From Candidatus Poseidoniales archaeon (lineage in GTDB: Archaea; Thermoplasmatota; Poseidoniia; Poseidoniales; Poseidoniaceae): DNA of 46,381 nt. Under the pieces are notes generated by a model that had not been told where the DNA came from, searched no databases, and saw nothing but the letters and a program-made list of their open reading frames with translations. Each line of letters begins with the position of its first letter. Positions within the stretch are counted from its first letter, which is position 1. The stretch lies in assembly GCA_028283345.1 (NCBI GenBank), contig JAPOGE010000003.1:1-46381 (forward strand). Reading direction: 5' to 3'. The translations under genes and the position numbers were made by a program. Below are positions 1-8,700 of this stretch, piece after piece.

Positions 1-80
1 GCGGCCCACCGCCCAGCGGCCCACCCAGCGGCCCACCCAGCGGCCCACCACCCAGCGGCCCACCACCCAGCGGCCCACCC
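1..80 (+). repeat. Coding tandem repeat (CCCAGCGGCCCA with occasional extra Pro codon) encoding PSGP(P) units
   Basis: About six imperfect 12-15 nt units are directly visible, in frame with the CDS. Confidence 0.9.
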
Positions 81-1154
81 TCCTCTGCTGACGAAGATAG
101 CGAAGCCGAAGGTGACAGTGATGAAGAGTCTGAGGCTGGTGCCGGGGATGGCGGCGAGGACGGTGCTGCGGCTGAGGCCAAGGCCAAGGAAGAGTCTGGT
201 GACGAATCTGAAACCGGCCAAGAGTCCGACGATGATGACGAATTCGACGAGGAACTCATCGCCAGTCTCACCCATTCGATGGGAAACGATAAAGGGAAAA
301 TCGGAGTACCTGATTATGATGAAGCGATCGAATACACCGGTGATTCGGCAGGGGACGGAGAATATGATGCGGGCACTGATACGGAAGAATCCACCTCGGA
401 TGAACCCGAGGTGGAGATGAAAATCTCCGACTCGGAACGAGTCAAACAATTGGAATCAGAGGTGGCCCGCCTGCGCGATGGATTAGCCGGGGCGGCGGAG
501 GTGATACAAGAAATTGAAAATCCTCCGATGCCCCCCATCGTCGGGGAAGACTTCGTAATCCCCGACCACCTAGTCAGTGATTTCGTTCGTCTTGGTCGCC
601 AATTACATCGTGAGGGGATGGTGAAGGCAACCCAAGGGGCAATCGCGATTCTCGACCCCGACCAGCCGGGTTTGGTACATTCGACCAGCAAATCCTGCGC
701 CCTCTCCCAAGCCACGGAATTGGATATTGTCTCGGGTCGGCTCGGTCAAGCCGCACCCCCCGGTGCCCCGGATGAATGGCGAGTGATTGAGATTCTCATC
801 GCCGCAACTTCTCTACACAACGGTGGGCCGGCGGCGTGTATCCATGTCCAGCCACCATATGCCACTACTGTGGCGATGGAAAAAGACCGAATTGTGTTAC
901 AGCCCATCGACCACTACGGCAAGGAGAATCTCGGTAAGGCGGTAATCGTTGACCCTGACCTTGAGGATATGGATGAATATCTACGTCAAGTTGCCGAAGC
1001 CCTGCAACAAGGCAATATGAAGTGTGTCGTGATTCGTGGTCTGGGTATCTTCTCGGTCGGAAGAAATTTCAACGAAGCCTGGCACTGGGCGGCTACACTG
1101 GAACATAGTATGCAGGTGCTGTTATTGGCGCGTCAGGCAGGAATGAAGACTTGA
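3..1154 (+). CDS. Class II aldolase/adducin-head domain protein with long Pro/Ser/Gly-rich and acidic N-terminal region (5' end lies outside the window)
   Basis: Frame 3 is open from base 3 (GPPPSGPPSGPP...DEDSEAEGDSDEE...) into the listed ORF 279..1154. The C-terminal ~190 aa follow the class II aldolase pattern (G+V.AT.G.I, PDEW, CIHVQPPYAT, VVIRGLG, A.TLEHS). Confidence 0.75.
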   Translation, partial: GPPPSGPPSGPPSGPPPSGPPPSGPPSSADEDSEAEGDSDEESEAGAGDGGEDGAAAEAKAKEESGDESETGQESDDDDEFDEELIASLTHSMGNDKGKIGVPDYDEAIEYTGDSAGDGEYDAGTDTEESTSDEPEVEMKISDSERVKQLESEVARLRDGLAGAAEVIQEIENPPMPPIVGEDFVIPDHLVSDFVRLGRQLHREGMVKATQGAIAILDPDQPGLVHSTSKSCALSQATELDIVSGRLGQAAPPGAPDEWRVIEILIAATSLHNGGPAACIHVQPPYATTVAMEKDRIVLQPIDHYGKENLGKAVIVDPDLEDMDEYLRQVAEALQQGNMKCVVIRGLGIFSVGRNFNEAWHWAATLEHSMQVLLLARQAGMKT

Positions 1155-1175
1155 TAAACTCCAATAAATCACTGC

Positions 1176-1760
1176 TCACTGCTCACTGCAGAAAGTGACG
1201 AAGTTACTCATCATTTCTGCACCGAATTCCGAGTCGTTGACCTCGGGGTGGAATTGCAGGCCGAAACGGCGGCGTCCGACATCCTCCATGCCTTGGACCC
1301 GGCAAGAATCGGAACTTGCGGTGATGCTGAACCCAACCGGCACCTCAACTATTTCGTCGTTGTGGGATTCCCACACGGTTTGCTTTTCCGGGGTTCCGGA
1401 AAAAATAACCCCACCACCTTCGATCACCGAGATTTCCATCGCCCCGAATTCCGGGGTCGGCGCCTCGGCGCAGTCACCGCCGTAATGGCGGGCCATGAAT
1501 TGATGCCCGGCACAGATCCCCAGCACCGGTAGATCGAGTTCGAGGTAAGCCGCACAATTACCCAATTCACCGGTCAAGCCAACCCTTTCAGCTCCTCCAG
1601 AGAGCAATAACCCATCCAACTCTCGTAACTCATCCACCGTGGTGGTATTGTCGATAATCTGGGTATCAACTCCGAGATAGCGCAACATTCTCCACTCGCG
1701 GTGCGTCCATTGACCACCATTATCGACCACGTCAATCACCAACACCTTCTCACCGACCAA
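1176..1760 (-). CDS. guaAA: GMP synthase glutamine amidotransferase subunit A
   Basis: VVDNGGQWTHRE, LSGG, PVLGICAGHQ (catalytic Cys), SHND, GLQFHPEV. Start moved to the TTG at 1760, which follows a GGTGAGG RBS-like motif; the longer ORF would overlap rpoP. Confidence 0.9.
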   Translation of the reverse strand: MVGEKVLVIDVVDNGGQWTHREWRMLRYLGVDTQIIDNTTTVDELRELDGLLLSGGAERVGLTGELGNCAAYLELDLPVLGICAGHQFMARHYGGDCAEAPTPEFGAMEISVIEGGGVIFSGTPEKQTVWESHNDEIVEVPVGFSITASSDSCRVQGMEDVGRRRFGLQFHPEVNDSEFGAEMMSNFVTFCSEQ

Positions 1761-1877
1761 GACCTCACCCAAACCTCCTCCATTGCCGACAACCCATGAA
1801 TATGACCCTTGACCGATTTCTCCAATGATGAACAGGTTCAAAGAGGAGCGGTGGGTCGCGGGCGATTGGAGAGATAG

Positions 1878-2030
1878 ATGACTGGAGCACCAATTCCCTA
1901 CAAGTGTATCGTTTGCGGCGAGATTGAACACGTCTCATCAGACCGTCCCGGACTCTCTTGTCGTAGTTGTGGTGGCCGCATCTTCTCAAAGCCGAGAAAT
2001 AAGGGTCATAAGATTCTCGACGCTAACTGA
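1878..2030 (+). CDS. rpoP: DNA-directed RNA polymerase subunit Rpo12 (RpoP), 50 aa zinc ribbon
   Basis: Translated by hand: MTGAPIPYKCIVCGEIEHVSSDRPGLSCRSCGGRIFSKPRNKGHKILDAN. YKCxxCG...CxxCGxRIFxKPR signature; GGAG upstream; below the ORF-track length cutoff. Confidence 0.85.
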   Translation: MTGAPIPYKCIVCGEIEHVSSDRPGLSCRSCGGRIFSKPRNKGHKILDAN

Positions 2031-2079
2031 GAGCACCCCACCTTTGATGAACCGCTACGCCTGAAGCCCGGCGGAGAGC

Positions 2080-3225
2080 ATGGTAAGTTGGTTGGTTACT
2101 CACGCGCCACGGCGCTTTGACGCTTTGGCGGTACCACCGGAGATAATTGCCCAATTCACCGCTGTTGCATGCAATGCTAATCCTCCCCATCTACTGATTG
2201 CCGGCCCCTCCGGGGTCGGGAAAACCGCGGCGTGGAGGTTGATTGCCAGACAGGTTCTCGGTGTCGGTTGGCAGGCAACCACCCATGTGCTACAAGCGCG
2301 CGATCTGGCTCGCTCCAGTGGGGCGATGGGTAAGTTTGAGGATTTTCTGCGCCCGGCCGGAAGCGACAGCGGAGATACCTTGGCGAGCCGGACCAGTTTG
2401 GAGGCCTTCGACCGGGGTATGTTTCTCGGCACCGGAGGTGACGAGGCTCCGGCCGGAGCCGAGACCGAAGAGATATTGGCGGGCCGGAAGATGGCGCCGG
2501 TCAGTCGTTTGATAATCATCGAAGATGCAGACCATCTCGGCCCTAAACGGCAACCATATCTTCGCCGCATGATGGAGCGAGAATCCCACACCTCTCGCTT
2601 CATTTTCACCGCCCGAGCGCCGAGTCGCTTGATCGATGCCCTGCGTTCACGCACCCAATTCATCCGCTTACCGACGACCACTGCTGAGATGATTTCAGCC
2701 AGGTTGGAACAGATAGCAGATGCGGAAGCATTGCAACCGGCGCCAGGCTTGCTCGGAGACCTTACCCATATCGCCGCAGGAAATCTCCGTCGGGCGATAT
2801 TCCTGCTCGAAATTCTCACCCTCAAAAATCGCCTCGACGACCGCTCCCAGCTACAGGAATTGGTGGCGGCAACAACTTTCAGTACCACCCAACGAGTATT
2901 CGAGGCGGCATTGCGGGGACGAATCCACCAGTGGAAATGGCAACAGGTCGAGGGGCGCAACCGTCGCGTTCTGCACGGTGCGATGGGGCAATTCGACCGT
3001 CTTCTCAGCGACCACTCCTTACAACCGGAAGACGTCATCGAGCAATTGCATTCCTTACTGGTGAGCGGTAGATTACTGTTGTCGGCGGGAGCCATCATCG
3101 GATTGTTGGAAGCGTTATCGGCATGCGACATCCGCCTGCAGCGGAGTATGCATCCGCGTATCCAGTTCGAACAACTATTCCATGAAGTTGCAGAAATAGG
3201 GCGCAGATTCGGCTTGGCAGTATAG
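2080..3225 (+). CDS. Replication factor C small subunit-like AAA+ protein (divergent)
   Basis: PPHLLIAGPSGVGKT (Walker A), LIIIEDADHL, Q.YLRRMME, SRFIF, LIDALRSR, AGNLRRAI, and a C-terminal helical collar (DIRL..S.HPRIQFE). Confidence 0.8.
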   Translation: MVSWLVTHAPRRFDALAVPPEIIAQFTAVACNANPPHLLIAGPSGVGKTAAWRLIARQVLGVGWQATTHVLQARDLARSSGAMGKFEDFLRPAGSDSGDTLASRTSLEAFDRGMFLGTGGDEAPAGAETEEILAGRKMAPVSRLIIIEDADHLGPKRQPYLRRMMERESHTSRFIFTARAPSRLIDALRSRTQFIRLPTTTAEMISARLEQIADAEALQPAPGLLGDLTHIAAGNLRRAIFLLEILTLKNRLDDRSQLQELVAATTFSTTQRVFEAALRGRIHQWKWQQVEGRNRRVLHGAMGQFDRLLSDHSLQPEDVIEQLHSLLVSGRLLLSAGAIIGLLEALSACDIRLQRSMHPRIQFEQLFHEVAEIGRRFGLAV

Positions 3226-3264
3226 GTGCGAAGCCTCAAGGCAGGTAAGCACCGCCCGAGTCTA

Positions 3265-3342
3265 GGGCGTGTAGCAGAGCGTGGATAATGCACCGGCCTC
3301 CTAAGCCGGGGATCGCGGGTTCAAATCCTGCCGCGCCCGCCA
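3265..3342 (+). tRNA. tRNA-Arg (anticodon CCT), intronless, CCA encoded
   Basis: Acceptor stem GGGCGTG/CGCGCCC; anticodon arm CCGGC-CTCCTAA-GCCGG; T arm GCGGG-TTCAAAT-CCTGC; ends GCCA. Confidence 0.95.
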
Positions 3343-3377
3343 ACACCATATCGTCACGCCTCTTCGCCAAGGTGAAT

Positions 3378-4865
3378 ATGCCTACTGACGTAGATGATAC
3401 CGCACAACCCCTGCCGCGTCCGTATGGCGTCGGGTTTGAGGAAAATTTGGGGGCGATTGAGAAATTGGTCGAGATCTTGGCGACCCGCGAATCAACCCGC
3501 ATTTACTGGGGTCGGCTGTCGTGGTGGGGGCCGATGCGAATTCTCAGGCAGAGTTTCGGTCTGTTGATATTCTTAGCATCGTTCGCTGGTATAATCGCCC
3601 CGGTTCTAGCTCCGGATTCCCCATGGCAAGTACTGGTGGTATGGTTCCCACTCCTCTTTCTCGCGCTTGGCCCCAGCCTGATAGGTGCCGAGGCAGCCAT
3701 GTTTTCAGCCGAAGCCAGATTTAAACTGAGTGCCCGCCAAGGCAATGACCATCGAGCAACCCCCGGTTCGGACCGGATAATGGAATCATTGCGCGACAGC
3801 AGGAGAAATGGCTGGTTGCAAATAGTCCTCGGGTTATTTGCAATAGGTATGATGACATTCAGTATTTTCAATGAAAAAGGCTCGATTTCATGGAACATGG
3901 CATTATTGATAGCGATGGTGAGCGGCCTGGGAATGTCGATTCATACGCGAATGACGATGGATGATGTACTGAATCACGCCGACGCATTGCCCTTCCTCGC
4001 ACTCTATGCGCCTACCCACCATCCGACCGGCATCACCCCGGCCATGAGTTCGCTGATTCGCGCTCACCTCGACCCGGTGCTCGCCGGCGAGTGGGACATA
4101 TGGTCGAGGCGGGTATGTGAGGCAGCAAACCCAGAAATGAGCAAGGATGAGGTTTTGGAGCGACTGATACTCCTGCTTTATCTGCAGGAATCCGGCGCCT
4201 TACCCGAAGGAAAAATGCAGAGTGAACTCGGAGAATTCCTCGACCAGACCTGCTTGAATGACCTGCGAGAGCATCACTTATTCAACCGAGGTACTTTGTT
4301 GCGAATGATAGCCCACGCCAAGGCTTGGCAACCCGGGCTGTTTCGGGTATTGGCACGCCTTCAGGGTGATTTACTCGACCACGCTCAAGTCATAGCCGAT
4401 GAGGGTTGGAGACTCGATGTCGAGTTTGAAAACGTGTGCTTCGATGGCCAAGGACATCTATTCATCGCCTTGAATAATCAACGCCAACAGCCACAACGAG
4501 TCAGCATCGAAGTACATGTTCCCGGCGGCCAGCCGGAGACCCAGACCTTCCGTCTGGAGGCGCCACCCTGCGCCGCACCATCCAGCACCTTGGCGTTGTT
4601 TTCCTCGAGTGGGGATGACGTGGTAACCTGGCTCCCTCGTTACCTCTGTCTCGGGGTCTACCTGTGGCTCGGGGTGGCGTGGGAGCCGAATGAATCCGGA
4701 TTGAGAACGGTACAGGTGACACTGCGCTCTGAAGACGGCGATTTGATTACCTCACGGATAATCCATTCAAAGGTCCATCGCCGCCTTGGATCTGGTGACC
4801 GGAGAAGGCGGCGAAGACTGCGTCGGGCGCGTAAATTGGGCCTCGCCGATGGCAGCAATGGTTGA
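3378..4865 (+). CDS. Hypothetical membrane protein (about 4 TM segments plus C-terminal soluble domain, Arg-rich end)
   Basis: ATG at 3378 is preceded by AGGTGA; hydrophobic segments in the N-terminal half. The listed start at 3288 overlaps the tRNA. Confidence 0.75.
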   Translation: MPTDVDDTAQPLPRPYGVGFEENLGAIEKLVEILATRESTRIYWGRLSWWGPMRILRQSFGLLIFLASFAGIIAPVLAPDSPWQVLVVWFPLLFLALGPSLIGAEAAMFSAEARFKLSARQGNDHRATPGSDRIMESLRDSRRNGWLQIVLGLFAIGMMTFSIFNEKGSISWNMALLIAMVSGLGMSIHTRMTMDDVLNHADALPFLALYAPTHHPTGITPAMSSLIRAHLDPVLAGEWDIWSRRVCEAANPEMSKDEVLERLILLLYLQESGALPEGKMQSELGEFLDQTCLNDLREHHLFNRGTLLRMIAHAKAWQPGLFRVLARLQGDLLDHAQVIADEGWRLDVEFENVCFDGQGHLFIALNNQRQQPQRVSIEVHVPGGQPETQTFRLEAPPCAAPSSTLALFSSSGDDVVTWLPRYLCLGVYLWLGVAWEPNESGLRTVQVTLRSEDGDLITSRIIHSKVHRRLGSGDRRRRRRLRRARKLGLADGSNG

Positions 4866-4939
4866 CCTGTGAAACCATGCTCTGACGTCGGCGTGTTTAT
4901 CGTCATAATAATCATCGGCGATTTACACGAGGGTTGCAA

Positions 4940-6580
4940 ATGGAGGCATGGGAGGTCATCATCATCGGCGGTGGGCATGCTGCACTCCGTTCAGCCATCG
5001 CCGCAAAAGAGGATAATGCATCGGTCATCGTGGTTTCAGCAGATGGCACCGGGAATAGTGGCGACGGCGACTCCACCGGCATCTCTTCTTCGATTTCCGA
5101 AACATCTTCCCGGGGCCACCGCAATGATACGATTCGTTGTGGTGATTTCCTTTGCGACCAGGACATCGTCTCCTCCCGTACCGGCACAGCTAGTAATCAC
5201 TTGGCTGATTTAGAGCGATGGGGGGTTAACTTCAGGCGTAACTCAGAGGGGATACCCCGGACCGACATCCTCCCCGGACACCATATGCCCAGGGTGTCGG
5301 GGTGCGGCGATACCACCGACGTTGAGGTGCAGCAGGTTTTGGCTGAGCAGTGCATGAAAAGCGGCATCTCTCGACGAGGAGACACCTTGGTATTGAGAAT
5401 CATAAGCACCGCAAACAAGGTTCATGGAATCACAACATTAGATCTGACCAGCGGCAAAGTCACCGCTATGCAGTGCAAGGCACTGATTATCGCCGACGAT
5501 GGCTTTGAGGGGGCCTGGACCTCATCCTCTATCGGCGGCCGAGGAATGCACTTGGCGATGCAATCGGGGGTCTCTCTGCGCGACCTTGAATTCCAATCGT
5601 GGACCCCGTTTGGTATTCCCGACTCAGAGGTCATCCTACCACTTGGTCTGCTCAGCGAGGGTGCTGTTCTCGCCGGCCCTGGAGGAGAGATGGACGCCGA
5701 ATCAGCCTCACCCTCGGCGATGGCGGCAGAGATGGCTGCAGGCGGTGAGGGCTGGTCTCTGGATCTGCGCAATATTGATTCATCAGCGGCCGCATGGTAT
5801 TCCGCCACCTTCAACCACACCAATCTCCGTCTCGGCCTTGATTCTTCATCAGAACCACTTCCGGTAGAGCCCCGAGTCGTCGGCACCCTTGGAGGGATAC
5901 CCGTCGATATCGATGGCCGCGTCATGGTCGGGAATTGGCAACTGGTATTCACCGGTCTATATGCGGCCGGGGAGGCGGCATGTTCAGGTTTGCACGGTGC
6001 TGGGGTGGCGGCTGGAAACCGGATGCTGGATGCGCTCTCCGGCGGTACCGCGGCCGGCACCCATGCCGGCTCATATGCTGGTGTGAGCAAATACAGCGGT
6101 AGTGACAAACTCCTTCACCAACTCAGCGAAGACGAATCAACCCTCGACACCATCTTATCGGTAGTAGCCGGCGTTGATGCACCCCGCGTCGGGGAAATCC
6201 GCTCCACCCTCAGCAACATCATGACAGATCACATGGGCCTCAAACGCAGTGAGGCTGGCCTGAAGACAGCGGCTGAGCAGTTATCTGATCTAGCCGGTAG
6301 GGCCGCAGGGTTGAGATTGGATTATTGCAACAGTTTGCTGATGAATCAAAACCTGGTTAAAAATATTCACCTCCGTTCGATTATTAACATTGCTCAGGCC
6401 GCGGTGACCGCGGCCTTACTGCGGCAAGAGAGCCGCGGTACCCATTGCCGAGAAGATTTTACTGATCGTGATGATGAGAACTTCCTGAAACACAGTCTGG
6501 TCGGCGCCGATGGCGCCGGAGAATGGCTGCCGCTACGCAAAAGCACCCGTGGCTCATGGCTCTTGGCACCGGATGCTTAA
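4940..6580 (+). CDS. Succinate dehydrogenase/fumarate reductase flavoprotein-family protein, catalytic residues degenerate
   Basis: IIIGGGHAALRSAI, DTIRCGDFLCDQD, LERWGV.F, GLYAAGEAACSGLHGA, R.ESRG.H.R.DF..RDD.NFLKH. No Fe-S or anchor subunit genes adjacent. Confidence 0.85.
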   Translation: MEAWEVIIIGGGHAALRSAIAAKEDNASVIVVSADGTGNSGDGDSTGISSSISETSSRGHRNDTIRCGDFLCDQDIVSSRTGTASNHLADLERWGVNFRRNSEGIPRTDILPGHHMPRVSGCGDTTDVEVQQVLAEQCMKSGISRRGDTLVLRIISTANKVHGITTLDLTSGKVTAMQCKALIIADDGFEGAWTSSSIGGRGMHLAMQSGVSLRDLEFQSWTPFGIPDSEVILPLGLLSEGAVLAGPGGEMDAESASPSAMAAEMAAGGEGWSLDLRNIDSSAAAWYSATFNHTNLRLGLDSSSEPLPVEPRVVGTLGGIPVDIDGRVMVGNWQLVFTGLYAAGEAACSGLHGAGVAAGNRMLDALSGGTAAGTHAGSYAGVSKYSGSDKLLHQLSEDESTLDTILSVVAGVDAPRVGEIRSTLSNIMTDHMGLKRSEAGLKTAAEQLSDLAGRAAGLRLDYCNSLLMNQNLVKNIHLRSIINIAQAAVTAALLRQESRGTHCREDFTDRDDENFLKHSLVGADGAGEWLPLRKSTRGSWLLAPDA

Positions 6581-6618
6581 GCCCGAACCTTCATTTCAAT
6601 TTGCCAGCAGCCCTCAGC

Positions 6619-7077
6619 ATGGCAGGTGAGGTGACCCTCTTCACAAAGATAATCTCCGGAGACATTCCCTGTTGTGAAGTTGCCAAGGGCGAATCGTGGC
6701 TCGCCTTCCTCGATATCAACCCACGCCGGCCGGGACATACCCTGGTTGTCCCGCACGAAGCCAAGAAGCATCTGGCAGAATTATCCCTGCCTCAATTGTC
6801 CGCATTATGGCTAGGTGTGATGGAGGCTCAACGCCGGCTCAAAGCGCACTTTCAAACCGATGATTTCTCAATTGGCATTCATGATGGCCCAATTGCTGGA
6901 CAGGAGGTGCCACATGTCCATATCCACCTCCTCCCCCGGACTGAAGGTGATGGTGGGCTCTCTATGCTCGCCTGTTGGCCCGAGGCTCTGCCCCCCGGGT
7001 CTGTGGAACCGGACTTTACCGCACTGAATGAATTGGCTGAAGCCCTACGAGATATAGGTGAAGGCCATGGTGGATGA
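6619..7077 (+). CDS. HIT family hydrolase
   Basis: LFTKIISGDIP, AFLDINP..PGHTLVVP, GQEVPHVHIHLLPR (histidine triad). Confidence 0.92.
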   Translation: MAGEVTLFTKIISGDIPCCEVAKGESWLAFLDINPRRPGHTLVVPHEAKKHLAELSLPQLSALWLGVMEAQRRLKAHFQTDDFSIGIHDGPIAGQEVPHVHIHLLPRTEGDGGLSMLACWPEALPPGSVEPDFTALNELAEALRDIGEGHGG

Positions 7078-8662
7078 TGGCAAGCAGATGGTGTTCGGTG
7101 AAGATGGCGCCCTAGATGCCCATGGAAACCCATTACCGGTATTATCCAAATCAGCATCGAAGATGAAAATCGACCGGTTGATGAATACTCCTCTCCCGAC
7201 CTTTCACGGGTCAACCCCAGGTTCACGATTATGGACCTGGATTGCGACTAATATGCTCAGAGTAACATTATTTTTCCAGTTTCGCAGATATCAGGTCAGC
7301 GGTCGCGAAAACATTCCACAAGAAGGGGGAACCCTATGTTGTGGTTGGCATACCAACGGCTTGATCGACCCGGCGACGATAATGACTACACACCCCAAGA
7401 ATTTCGTCATCGGTGGTAGGCACGACCTGGTGACCCGCCCCCTCATCGGATTCTGGGCACGTAAGATGGCGGTACAACCGGTTGTCAGACAAGCAGAACT
7501 GATCCGAGGTGGTTGCTCGAAAGAGGTGGCTGCAACCCTGAATGGACGTAGTCTTCTCAACCTATCAACTGGAATATCATATGGATTCGGATGTTTTCTC
7601 TTCCCCGAGGGGACCAGCCATGATGAATCACACATGCTCCGCTTCAAGACCGGGCCGATGCGAACTGCGCTTTCAGCCGCGGCGATGGCGAAAGGTAGTG
7701 GAAAACCTGCTCCATCCATCATTCCCATCGGCTTACATTGGCGGGTACGTCATCATTGGCGTACCGATGCTTGGATTGAATATGGTAAACCCATAAAGAT
7801 CGATGCCGAATCTATCGGAGCGGAGGTTGCCGAAAAGTTGTTGCGTGGGGAATGGGTTGAGCCACCCGCTGAAACCGTCAATTCCCTACGCGATGAATTA
7901 CGCCTACGGCTCCAGCCGATGACCCCAGATGCCCCTGACTGGCCGACCCACCGAGCTTGGCATTTACTCGGTCATCTGGAAGGTGGGGCGATAGGGCGAC
8001 GGCCGAAGACTTGGCGTGACGAGGTATCCGCGGCTCGCGCGGTTAGAGATAGATTGTCCACCACCCCGGACCAAGCGCGGCTTGCAAAGGCCAGAGAAGT
8101 GGCCGAAACCCTGGAGGACAACCGGTTGGACGCCCGGGACATAACCGCTACCGGCGCGGTGAGAAGGGCGAGCATTATCAGGGCACCGATAAATACGCTC
8201 AAACTCCTTATCGGGTTACTGATGTTACCTTTTTTCCTCCCCTCATCCGGGATTCTCGTGATATCGGGAAAATACCTCGGTGATAAGAACATCGAAAACG
8301 AGGGATTGGATGCCCGCACCTCGTACCACTTGCTCGTGTCGATGTTCGGCTCATTCTTTTTGTGGCCACCGATTGCATTGATAATCTCATTGCTATCGGT
8401 TTTTGTTGCCGGTTCAACCGCGCCGATGAGCACTGCGGTGGGGGTGTTTGGAAACGAATGGATTACGGTGTTGTTGATGACGCCGACCCTGGTGATTCTG
8501 TTCTTCCTCTCAGCCATGGCCACGGTCAATGCGTGGGATAGTGTCGAAGACATCAAGCGTGCCAGGCGACGCTCGACCCTGCGGTGCAGCCGCACCGGAG
8601 CAGAATTACAGAAACTATGCCAAGAACTTCTTTCCAATTCCCCAAAGAGTGAAACCTGCTAA
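7067..8662 (+). CDS. Glycerophospholipid acyltransferase (PlsC/LPLAT superfamily) with C-terminal TM region
   Basis: HTNGLID (HxxxxD), PVVR, FPEGTS, IIPIGL. AGGTGA RBS precedes the ATG at 7067. Confidence 0.85.
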   Translation: MVDDGKQMVFGEDGALDAHGNPLPVLSKSASKMKIDRLMNTPLPTFHGSTPGSRLWTWIATNMLRVTLFFQFRRYQVSGRENIPQEGGTLCCGWHTNGLIDPATIMTTHPKNFVIGGRHDLVTRPLIGFWARKMAVQPVVRQAELIRGGCSKEVAATLNGRSLLNLSTGISYGFGCFLFPEGTSHDESHMLRFKTGPMRTALSAAAMAKGSGKPAPSIIPIGLHWRVRHHWRTDAWIEYGKPIKIDAESIGAEVAEKLLRGEWVEPPAETVNSLRDELRLRLQPMTPDAPDWPTHRAWHLLGHLEGGAIGRRPKTWRDEVSAARAVRDRLSTTPDQARLAKAREVAETLEDNRLDARDITATGAVRRASIIRAPINTLKLLIGLLMLPFFLPSSGILVISGKYLGDKNIENEGLDARTSYHLLVSMFGSFFLWPPIALIISLLSVFVAGSTAPMSTAVGVFGNEWITVLLMTPTLVILFFLSAMATVNAWDSVEDIKRARRRSTLRCSRTGAELQKLCQELLSNSPKSETC

Positions 8663-8700
8663 TCCAACGGATTGATGAAGGGTCATTCACTCGCCACCCC

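Noticed and set aside
2100-3293. 397-aa minus-strand ORF
   Set aside because: Antisense shadow of the RFC-like gene and overlaps the tRNA; no recognisable motifs.
3265-3342. tRNA-Arg as an integration site
   Set aside because: I saw no duplicate of the tRNA 3' end and no integrase; the flanking genes look like core genome.
3288-3377. N-terminal extension of the 525-aa ORF
   Set aside because: Reads through tRNA-Arg; a better ATG with a GGTGA RBS lies at 3378.
4940-6580. L-aspartate oxidase (nadB), given nadC in the window
   Set aside because: The catalytic His/Arg residues shared by NadB are absent, and the C-terminus resembles SdhA.
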